Part shown: positions 8,189 to 16,202 of the stretch, one piece after another
Position numbering within the stretch: position 1 is the first letter of the stretch
Layout of the letters: each line of letters begins with the position of its first letter
NCBI GenBank assembly: GCA_964433525.1
Contig: CAYSQT010000005.1
Location: forward strand, 20,103-84,102
DNA from: an uncultured Pseudomonadota bacterium
GTDB lineage: Bacteria; Babelota; Babeliae; Babelales; Vermiphilaceae
Direction: 5' to 3'
Length of the DNA stretch: 64,000 nt
Made by a program: the position numbers and the translations under genes
Notes under the pieces: generated by a model
The model's input: only the letters and a program-made list of their open reading frames with translations
Told to the model about the DNA's origin: nothing
Databases searched by the model: none

Positions 8189-8818
8189 TTACCCATATTT
8201 TTTGTTGTGGCATGAGTCGCACGCACTTTCTTCGTCGATTTCTTCTTCTTTTATTCTTTTCAGGAGTCCTTGAACTTTTTTTTCCATTCGCTTGTTATTA
8301 TAAATGGGAAGAATTTCGAATATTTTTTTGAAATCAAGAGAAGATGGATTATCGAGATAATAATCATTGTTAAGATATAGTAGATCTAAAAAAGCTCGCT
8401 CTTTTGTAGCGGCAAAATAATAACCTCTATTTTCAACACCAGTGGTATCAGTCAATAGGGTATCTTTTAGTTTGTGAAATGAGTATGCTTGACCGTCACA
8501 AATGATATCTTTGGTTTGGTATGTTGCAACAAATATGGTTGAATAAAATTGGAATATGATTCCCTGTTCAAATAAAATTGTTTCAAAGCTGATATATGCG
8601 GGTGTAAATATTTTTGTTGCAAGTTCGCGTCTATCATAATTTTTATCTTTTGCGTAAAGACCTCGCCTGATAGGATACAACTCTCCTTTTTTAACGTAAT
8701 AATGTATGCGTCTTCTTAAGAGAGATATTTTTGGCTTACTTGTAGCCATTAGTATCTCCTTAAAAGATATAACTGACGCTTTTGACCTAAAGATTCTTAG
8801 TAAGATTGATTTTTCCAC
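8189..8818 (-). CDS. AbiEi-family (type IV TA antitoxin-like) DNA-binding protein with no adjacent toxin
   Basis: 209 aa. YYVKKGELYPIRRGLYA followed by PAYISFETILFEQGII, and later KERAFLDLLYL. This matches the AbiEi pattern (..G.L.r..RG.Y.. / PsYiSlesAL..hGl / ..AllDlly). Confidence 0.5.
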   Translation of the reverse strand: MEKSILLRIFRSKASVISFKEILMATSKPKISLLRRRIHYYVKKGELYPIRRGLYAKDKNYDRRELATKIFTPAYISFETILFEQGIIFQFYSTIFVATYQTKDIICDGQAYSFHKLKDTLLTDTTGVENRGYYFAATKERAFLDLLYLNNDYYLDNPSSLDFKKIFEILPIYNNKRMEKKVQGLLKRIKEEEIDEESACDSCHNKKYG

Positions 8819-8964
8819 TTTTCCTCATATATGAGCCAAAGGTTACATGTAGCGTTATCTTTAACTCATATCACGCATTATTTTTGGTAGGGGTTCAAGA
8901 CATTTTTTGTTTTAGTGTGCTACAATCAATAAAATAGCAAAAAATATAGCTATTGGTTGTAAAT

Positions 8965-10179
8965 TTATAATGATAACTTTTTGAGCTCTGCTACTTTCTC
9001 ATCTGATATTGTGTATTTTATCAGTTCATTTCCTTTTGCTATGTAGAGTATTTTTCCATCTCCAGAAAAGGCCATAATTTTTTTAGTTACTCCTGATGGT
9101 ATGGATTCATTGCAGTTGAGTTCTATAGGCGGCATTCTGTGATTTGCTGCTGAACAATACATGATGCCAGAATTAAATAGTGTGATAGAAATAGGAGACA
9201 AAAAAGGATAAAATGCTGTACAGGCTTGAGGATCATTGTATGGATCTGATGATCTGAGATAGGAAGATTCACTACATTTTTCTGTGAGAGTCTGGTATGT
9301 TAAGTAGTGGTTATTATTGCAAAAAATTACAATTAATGAGCCGTCAGGGCTATATTCAATAAAATGCTGTTTTGAAGGTATAAAAAGATAAGATAATTCT
9401 TGAGCGAAATTTATTCTTTTTGTTATATATTTTATTCCAAGTGAAAGCACTAGGTTTTTACCGATAAGTTCTCTTATTTCCTTTGGAAACAGAGCAAACG
9501 ATGTTTCTTTTGGATCTTCATTGCCATGCAATAAATACGTCATTTCCGCATAGCTTTCAGGAAGAAGATTATGAAGAGCCAATGTACTGTCATCTAGTTT
9601 GAATGCAACTTGTTTTTTGTGTGGATGACATGCAATGAGTGGTTTGAGGTCAATATTGCCTGTCGCACCTGATTTATTAAATCGCTCACAAAAAGAAGTA
9701 ATTTTGTGCTGCAAATTAATAGAATGTATCTCAATAGAATGTGTAATAGTAGTTTCATTTTCATCCACGTTATGCACCACGAAAGTATCATTATCATCGG
9801 GGAATAATGCAATCTGACTGTGACATGTTGTGCCAAGATTTGGATGCCATGACTTTCTTATTTTTTGTTTGGGATTTTGAGAATGTAATTCCAATCCTTT
9901 TTTTCTTTGTATAGTAATCAGATCATTATTTGCAGCGATGGAAAGATAGGTATCATGATCTTTTTCTTTTGTGGTGCAAGAAGAAGTTGTGGGATTGTAA
10001 ATGTAGAGCGCTTTAGGTTCGCACAGAACAACAAGGTTGGGATTATTCGGTGCGTGTACAAGTGTGCACTGTGGTGAATTTTCCATACCATATGTTTGTG
10101 AGGTAATGATGATAACAAATGAGAGCGAGGTCGTTAATAATAGGGTTTGTTTCATAAATAGCCTTTTTGATATAATCAT
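8965..10179 (-). CDS. Secreted beta-propeller-like repeat protein, paralogue 2 of 3
   Basis: 404 aa. Its signal peptide closely matches that of paralogue 1. Its N-terminal ~150 aa and last ~45 aa are near-identical to paralogue 3. Confidence 0.7.
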   Translation of the reverse strand: MIISKRLFMKQTLLLTTSLSFVIIITSQTYGMENSPQCTLVHAPNNPNLVVLCEPKALYIYNPTTSSCTTKEKDHDTYLSIAANNDLITIQRKKGLELHSQNPKQKIRKSWHPNLGTTCHSQIALFPDDNDTFVVHNVDENETTITHSIEIHSINLQHKITSFCERFNKSGATGNIDLKPLIACHPHKKQVAFKLDDSTLALHNLLPESYAEMTYLLHGNEDPKETSFALFPKEIRELIGKNLVLSLGIKYITKRINFAQELSYLFIPSKQHFIEYSPDGSLIVIFCNNNHYLTYQTLTEKCSESSYLRSSDPYNDPQACTAFYPFLSPISITLFNSGIMYCSAANHRMPPIELNCNESIPSGVTKKIMAFSGDGKILYIAKGNELIKYTISDEKVAELKKLSL

Positions 10180-10325
10180 GATTCATAGATATGATATTAA
10201 CATGTGTGATGTTAGATGTCATAAGAAATTGCCCGTGAGATTCCCGGCTACTATCAGCTATAAAAGAATTAAGCGATCGGTTACAGGCGACAAAATAGCA
10301 AAAAATATAGCTATTGGTTGGAAGT

Positions 10326-11489
10326 TTATAATGATAACTGCTTGATCTTTTCTACCGTCTCTTCTGATATTGTATATTTTATCAATTCATTTTCTTTTGC
10401 TATGTACAGTATTTTTCCATCCCCAGAAAAGGCCATAATTTTTTTAGTTACTCCTGAAGGTATGGATTCATTGCAATTGAGTTTTATGGTCTCAGAAAAG
10501 TGCTCTTCATTATCACAGCAAATCGAGCCATCTTGAAACAACCGAGCAAGAGTTTGCTTTGTGTTAGGGTAGAATGCAAAAGAGGCTATAGGAGTGCTAA
10601 ATGGATGTGATTGAGTCTTGCGACTTTTTTCTATTGTATGGTATGTCCATAGATAATTATTATTAAACTCCCCTTGAAATAAAAGCATAATTGAAATGCC
10701 ATCAGGGCTGTATTCAATAAGGTCATAAGAGTGCGTTAACCTACTTCTTTTTATTTTTTGAGTTATCCGTTTGATTCCCAGCGAATGTGCTAGATTTGTA
10801 CTGATTAGATTTCGTATTTCTTCCGGCAACTCATTAAAAATGGTTTTTTCTGTGTTGTTATTGCAATGGAGCAGATGCATTATCAATAAATCTCTTAAGT
10901 CAGGGAGCACAATATTGTGCAAAGCCAATGTATAATTGTTTAATTTAAACGCAACTTGATTTTTGTACGGATGGCATGCAATGAGCGGTTTAAGATTAAT
11001 ACTATTTTTTGCCTTATCAAATGTTTGACAAAAAGAAATTTTTTTGTGCGATGAGTTGATAGAATGAATCTCAACAGAATGAGTAATAGTAGTTTCATTT
11101 TCATCTATATTATGGACCACTAAAGTATCATTATCATTGGGAAATAACGCAATTTGATTGCGGCATGTTGTACCAAGATTTGGATGCCATGTTTTTCTTA
11201 TTTTTTGTGCATGATCTTGATAGTGTAGTTCAAGGCCATTTTTTGTTTGTATGGCTATGATGTCATTATTTGCAGCGATGGAATGATAGGTATCACGCCC
11301 TTTTTTTTTTGTAGTGCAAGAAGAAGTTGTGGGATTGTAAAAGTAGAGCGCTTTAGGTTCGCACAGAACAATGAGATCGGGGTTATTTGGTGCGTGCGCA
11401 AGGGTGCATTGTGGTGAATTTTCCATTCCATATGCTTGTTCATTGATGACAAAAAAAAAGAAGAAAAACAGCATGACTATGTAATGCAT
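10326..11489 (-). CDS. Secreted beta-propeller-like repeat protein, paralogue 3 of 3
   Basis: 387 aa. It has a different hydrophobic N-terminus (MHYIVMLFFFFFFVINEQAYG). From MENSPQCTLAHAPNNP onward it is collinear with paralogue 2. Confidence 0.7.
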   Translation of the reverse strand: MHYIVMLFFFFFFVINEQAYGMENSPQCTLAHAPNNPDLIVLCEPKALYFYNPTTSSCTTKKKGRDTYHSIAANNDIIAIQTKNGLELHYQDHAQKIRKTWHPNLGTTCRNQIALFPNDNDTLVVHNIDENETTITHSVEIHSINSSHKKISFCQTFDKAKNSINLKPLIACHPYKNQVAFKLNNYTLALHNIVLPDLRDLLIMHLLHCNNNTEKTIFNELPEEIRNLISTNLAHSLGIKRITQKIKRSRLTHSYDLIEYSPDGISIMLLFQGEFNNNYLWTYHTIEKSRKTQSHPFSTPIASFAFYPNTKQTLARLFQDGSICCDNEEHFSETIKLNCNESIPSGVTKKIMAFSGDGKILYIAKENELIKYTISEETVEKIKQLSL

Positions 11490-11557
11490 ACAAAGTCTCC
11501 TTCACATTGCTTTACTGATTATGTTACATATGAAAACATAAAAAAGAGATATATGCA

Positions 11558-13096
11558 ATGGGAGGGGCTATGTCGAACTATAAAAAAGTAATTGGCGTAA
11601 TTATAGGCTTCGTGTTTTTGTGTGTTTTATATTATGCGTTCAGTTCTGTTTCAAACAAATCGTTTCCTTTTTCAGCGCCAACATTCGATACATATGTTGA
11701 ATCTATTATGAAAGATTGGCATGTTCCGGGTCTTGCGCTCGCAGTAATTAATGGTGAAAAGATTGCATACATAAAAGCATATGGTGTGTTGCAACATGGT
11801 AGCGCGGAACGCGTTAATAAAGATACTATTTTTGCAATTGGTTCATGCACAAAAATGTTTACCGCTGCATCTCTGGGAATTCTTGTTGATGATGATTTAT
11901 TGCAATGGGAAGATAAGGCTCGTACATATTTACCAGTGTTGAAATTACCAACTGAATGTATGACACAAGAATTAAACATCATAGATATGCTTTCGCATCG
12001 AAGCGGTTTAGAGGAAGTAGGTATGTTGTGGGATCATACGACATTGTCACGACAACAATTAATAGAACATATGCGCTTTTTAAAACCCATAGTTGGATTT
12101 AGAGAAGGATGGGTGTACAACAATTTAATGTATCTTGCTGCAGGTGAAATAGTTTCTGCCATTGCCGGTGTGAGCTGGGATGAATTTCTTGCGCAACGTA
12201 TTTTTTTACCATTAGGCATGGGTAGAACCAATACAACAATAACAACGTTAGCTGATGAATCAAATAGGGCTACGCCACATTATGTAATGGATGGTGAAGT
12301 TCACACTATTGCATCGCACAATATAGACAGTATTGCACCCGCCGGTGGTATTAATTCTACCATTGCAGATATGGCAAAGTGGTTGCAGTTGTTGGTGAAT
12401 AGTGGTGAGTACAATGACGCATCATTAATAAAAAAAGAAACAGTTGCGCAAATGAGCGAACCTGCTGCTATTGTGCATAAAAAGTATCCATATCAATTGT
12501 ACGGTTTAGGGCTTGGCATGTTTGCATATCAAGGGAATGAAGTTATATTCCACGAAGGCAATATTGATGGAATGTCAGCATCGCTCGCCATTATGCCGGA
12601 AAAAAAGATTGGTATTGTTATTTTGACTAATATGCACAGAGGTGGTGTCGGTAAAGTGTTACTCAACACTATTTTTGACAAATATCTTGGTGTTCAAGAT
12701 GTACCGGATTGGAATAAAAAAGATCTTGAACATGAGCGCAAGCGCATTGCAGAATTTACAGCAGAAGAAGAAAAAAAAGAACGCAGCAAGCTGGTAGATA
12801 CAATTGCACCGCGTCCTTTATCAGATTATGTTGGCGTGTATCAGAATGATTTATATGGAGACATGACAATTACAATGAAAGATGGCATTTTGATGTGTAC
12901 ATTTTTGATTTACAAGGGTGCATTAATACATTGGAATGGCAACATATTTACGTTTGATACTTCGCACATCAATCCTCTGCTATCAAGTCCATTTTATCTT
13001 GCGTTTGATTATCAAGGGGATGCTGTCAAGAAAGTTCACATCACCTATGCTGATATCTGGATGAATGACATGGATGCTGAGTTTATTAAAAAGTAG
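11558..13096 (+). CDS. Serine hydrolase, class C beta-lactamase/PBP family, with C-terminal extension
   Basis: 512 aa. SxxK motif in FAIGSCTKMF, YxN in WVYNNL, and an N-terminal TM/signal. The start could instead be ATG 11570, which lies after GGAGGGG. Confidence 0.8.
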   Translation: MGGAMSNYKKVIGVIIGFVFLCVLYYAFSSVSNKSFPFSAPTFDTYVESIMKDWHVPGLALAVINGEKIAYIKAYGVLQHGSAERVNKDTIFAIGSCTKMFTAASLGILVDDDLLQWEDKARTYLPVLKLPTECMTQELNIIDMLSHRSGLEEVGMLWDHTTLSRQQLIEHMRFLKPIVGFREGWVYNNLMYLAAGEIVSAIAGVSWDEFLAQRIFLPLGMGRTNTTITTLADESNRATPHYVMDGEVHTIASHNIDSIAPAGGINSTIADMAKWLQLLVNSGEYNDASLIKKETVAQMSEPAAIVHKKYPYQLYGLGLGMFAYQGNEVIFHEGNIDGMSASLAIMPEKKIGIVILTNMHRGGVGKVLLNTIFDKYLGVQDVPDWNKKDLEHERKRIAEFTAEEEKKERSKLVDTIAPRPLSDYVGVYQNDLYGDMTITMKDGILMCTFLIYKGALIHWNGNIFTFDTSHINPLLSSPFYLAFDYQGDAVKKVHITYADIWMNDMDAEFIKK

Positions 13097-13291
13097 AGTG
13101 TTTACATTGACAAGCATGAGTGAATGTGGTCTACTAAATATAGTTATATAAGGCTTGGGAGGTCTAATCATGTTAATTACCATTCTAGTTTTTTAAATTT
13201 CATGCTTATTGAAGTGTGATGTTTTTGTCATTTTTTCACGTTTGTAACAACTATTAAGAATCTATTTTTTTTGTAATCCAAAGAGGTTTTG

Positions 13292-14026
13292 ATGGATGCT
13301 GTTTTGCTTAAAATAAAAAATATTAAAAAAAGGTATGGAGTAAAAGAGGCATTAAGAGGGGTATCTCTGGACATTTATAAAGGGGAAATTTTTGGCCTTT
13401 TAGGTGTGAATGGTGCAGGTAAAACAACGCTTTCTTCTATTATTGCAACGTTGCATCCTGCAACAGAGGGCGATATAGAGTTTGAGGGTTGCTCGATTTA
13501 TAAAAATCTTTCACATTATCGTGTAAATCTTGGTTTTTGTCCGCAGCGTCCTAATTTGAACCCGCAGTTAACTCTTGAGCAAAATCTTCGTTTGTCTGGT
13601 GAATATTACCAACTGACAACGGCACAGATTAATGAGCGTTTTGATAAATTAGTGCAGCAGTTTGAGTTGAAGCCTTATTTATCACAAAAAGCATCGGTGT
13701 TATCTGGTGGTTATAAACAACGTTTTATGATTGCACGCGCATTAATGCATAATCCAAAGCTCGTTATTTTAGATGAGCCAACGGTTGGATTAGATCCGCA
13801 TATTCGTCGTCAGTTATGGAATAAAATTAAAGAACTTAAAGATGATGGCGTTACGGTCATTTTAACAACGCATTATTTGGATGAAGCTGAGCAGTTGGCA
13901 GACAGGGTGTGCGTGTTGGATCAAGGTTCTATCAAACTGATTGATACGCCAGATAAATTGAAGGCGGATTTTCAAATGCAAAATCTAGAAGATGTTTTTA
14001 TTGCTTTGATGAAGGATAATAAATGA
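13292..14026 (+). CDS. ABC transporter ATP-binding protein
   Basis: Walker A GVNGAGKTT, signature LSGGYKQR, Walker B LVILDEPT. AAGAGG RBS lies 5 nt upstream. The ORF track starts at TTG 13289. Confidence 0.9.
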   Translation: MDAVLLKIKNIKKRYGVKEALRGVSLDIYKGEIFGLLGVNGAGKTTLSSIIATLHPATEGDIEFEGCSIYKNLSHYRVNLGFCPQRPNLNPQLTLEQNLRLSGEYYQLTTAQINERFDKLVQQFELKPYLSQKASVLSGGYKQRFMIARALMHNPKLVILDEPTVGLDPHIRRQLWNKIKELKDDGVTVILTTHYLDEAEQLADRVCVLDQGSIKLIDTPDKLKADFQMQNLEDVFIALMKDNK

Positions 14027-14814
14027 GTACACACATAATAAGTTATTGGGTTTTGTTTAGAGCGTTAGTGACAACGCAATTATATACTGTGCGCCAGCAA
14101 TTGGCTGATATGGTTATTAATTTGTATATTTGGGCTTTCTGCTCGTTAGTAATTATGGGTTATATCATGCAGTCATTCGGTTTGGCTGCAGATTATGGTT
14201 GCTTTCAGTTGGCAAGTATTGTGGGTACTGTGGGGTTGTTTGAAATTTATGGTAACGTTACGCGTAACGTGATAGATTTTGAAGGTGATCGCACCATTTC
14301 TTATTATTTGACATTGCCAGGAACACCGGCAGTTGTTTTTGGAAGTACTGTCTGTTTTTATACATTAATAGGAGTATTTCTCAGCATTATTATTATTCCC
14401 TTTGGTGCATTACTGTTATACAATTCATTTGATTTGTCACAAGTTTTTTGGCTCAAGACCGTAATTATAATGATATTATCAAACGTGTTTTTTGGTGTTT
14501 TTGCACTGCTTATTACCGCGTATGTTGGTAACATGTCAAAAATGCGCAATGTATGGTCGCGCTTTATTTTTCCGTTGTGGATATTAGGTGGATTTCAGTT
14601 TTCGTGGGCTGTTGTGAATAAGATATCAGTACCACTTTCATATGTGATGCTTTGTAATCCGATTATTTATATTATGGAAGGTTTTAGAGCGGCAATGCTT
14701 GGGCAAGATGGTTTTTTATCATGGAGTCTCTGTTGTGGTGCGCTTTGTTTATTTACGCTGTTGAGTTGGTTTTTAATGATGAGAAAGATGAAGCGATTAC
14801 TTGATTTTGTATAA
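14023..14814 (+). CDS. ABC-2 type transporter permease
   Basis: 263 aa with about 6 TM segments. ATGA overlap with the upstream ATPase gene. Confidence 0.75.
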   Translation: MSTHIISYWVLFRALVTTQLYTVRQQLADMVINLYIWAFCSLVIMGYIMQSFGLAADYGCFQLASIVGTVGLFEIYGNVTRNVIDFEGDRTISYYLTLPGTPAVVFGSTVCFYTLIGVFLSIIIIPFGALLLYNSFDLSQVFWLKTVIIMILSNVFFGVFALLITAYVGNMSKMRNVWSRFIFPLWILGGFQFSWAVVNKISVPLSYVMLCNPIIYIMEGFRAAMLGQDGFLSWSLCCGALCLFTLLSWFLMMRKMKRLLDFV

Positions 14815-14828
14815 AAAAAAGTAAAAAA

Positions 14829-14857
14829 ACCCGTATAAAAACATACGGGTTTTTTTA
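14829..14857. terminator. Bidirectional rho-independent terminator
   Basis: ACCCGTAT (14829-14836) pairs with ATACGGGT (14843-14850). It has an A-run upstream and T7 downstream, and sits between convergent genes. Confidence 0.8.
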
Positions 14858-15439
14858 TTAATGCGCTATATTATTGTATCGATATCGTTGCACCCCACAT
14901 TCTTTTTCTTGTTGAGTTTGTTCAAGTTTAACAAAACCTAGGGCTTGGTGTAATTCTATGCTGTCATTATCATTTGTTAAAATGTGAGTAGAAATGGTGT
15001 TTACATTTTTTTTTTCTAGATTACTGATAGCATAAAGGATTAGCATTTTATTGTAATTAGAATTTTGTTTTGTGGAGCATAATCCTTCTATATATCCATT
15101 ATTATTATCTTGTAAGCAGAACTCAACGAGTCCTTCAACAGTTTCATCCCTTTTTAATATAAATCGAGCAAATGATCCTTCTAAACGTTGGACGGAACTC
15201 ATAGGGATATTATTATTGAAACAGAGTTTTGCGTTATTTAAGCACCGCTCTATTTTTTGTTCTTTATCAGTTTGATTTCCAGGAAGGTCGCACAATACAT
15301 GAATATTTTCTTGAACAAGTTGAAGAGTGGCTGGAATATCGTGTTTCTGCAATAATTCGATGGTTATCTTTTGCTCTGATCCATGCATTAGACCTGCAAA
15401 TACGAAACACGTTCCAAATATAATATATCGAAAATTCAT
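14858..15439 (-). CDS. Signal-peptide-bearing protein, possibly GNAT-fold acetyltransferase
   Basis: 193 aa. N-terminus MNFRYIIFGTCFVFAGLMHG. The C-terminal ...SIELHQALGFVKLEQ resembles the GNAT motif B region. The acetyl-CoA motif A is not clear. Confidence 0.3.
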   Translation of the reverse strand: MNFRYIIFGTCFVFAGLMHGSEQKITIELLQKHDIPATLQLVQENIHVLCDLPGNQTDKEQKIERCLNNAKLCFNNNIPMSSVQRLEGSFARFILKRDETVEGLVEFCLQDNNNGYIEGLCSTKQNSNYNKMLILYAISNLEKKNVNTISTHILTNDNDSIELHQALGFVKLEQTQQEKECGVQRYRYNNIAH

Positions 15440-15468
15440 TATGACTCCTTTTTTTGATATGTGATAAT

Positions 15469-16176
15469 TTAAATATTAAGATCTTCCAACAACCACAATC
15501 CCAAATGTTTACCTTGTTCCCACGCAAATGGTGTATCTTCTTGGATCAAAAGAAGAGGTTTGGGAAAATTAAACGGAGGGAGCTCAAAATTAAGCGGACG
15601 CCAGCCTCCTACCCCGGAGTCATTATTTACTTTTGTCGTAACTCCAGTGGTCATCAAAATGTATTTAGATCCGCTCTGTTTAAAGTTTCTAAGAACGGCA
15701 AAAATCTGTTCATAGGTAAGATGAGCGAGCATATCTCTGCATATGATAAGATCTACTTTTTCAATGACGTTTTCAATTAAGTTGAGATGCAGAAATTCTT
15801 TTGTTTGTCCAAATTTTTGTATATTACTTTCAATAAGTTCTTGCACAATATCAATACCAATGTATCTACATGCTCCAAGGTCCATATGCTTAATCCAGTT
15901 AACATCACCGCATGGAGCATCTGCAATCGATTGAATTCCAAGAAGTTTAATCAGTGAGCTGAGTCCATTGCGGACTTTTTGAGTAAATCGAAACTCCGAT
16001 CCTATGCCAGAAACCGTTTCTTTGGATAGCCAACCATTTGTTCGATATGTTTGAGTAAATAATTTTTCGACTGGGTTGGTGGTATCAGCAATGCAGTAAT
16101 ATACGTGTGACATGATAAACGCAGTTGATAGCATTATGTTTTTGATCTTCATATATACTCTCGTGTAAAAGAACAT
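15469..16176 (-). CDS. Class I SAM-dependent methyltransferase with N-terminal signal/anchor
   Basis: 235 aa. Motif I-like IADAPCGDVNWI and post-I YIGIDIV. Hydrophobic N-terminus MKIKNIMLSTAFIMSHVYYCIA; the likely start is an internal Met near 16152. Confidence 0.55.
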   Translation of the reverse strand: MFFYTRVYMKIKNIMLSTAFIMSHVYYCIADTTNPVEKLFTQTYRTNGWLSKETVSGIGSEFRFTQKVRNGLSSLIKLLGIQSIADAPCGDVNWIKHMDLGACRYIGIDIVQELIESNIQKFGQTKEFLHLNLIENVIEKVDLIICRDMLAHLTYEQIFAVLRNFKQSGSKYILMTTGVTTKVNNDSGVGGWRPLNFELPPFNFPKPLLLIQEDTPFAWEQGKHLGLWLLEDLNI

Positions 16177-16202
16177 TTCTTTTTTACAATTACTCTATAT
16201 GA

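Noticed and set aside
8890-8900. tRNA-like T-arm string GGGGTTCAAGA in the 8819-8964 intergenic region.
   Set aside because: I could not build an acceptor stem, a D-arm or an anticodon arm around it. It is an isolated chance match.
10037-10345. The 102-aa plus-strand ORF spanning the paralogue 2 start and the intergenic region, and the similar 7346-7579 ORF.
   Set aside because: Both are read-throughs of duplicated promoter/5' regions antisense to the paralogue genes. Their similarity to each other is explained by the DNA duplication, not by coding constraint.
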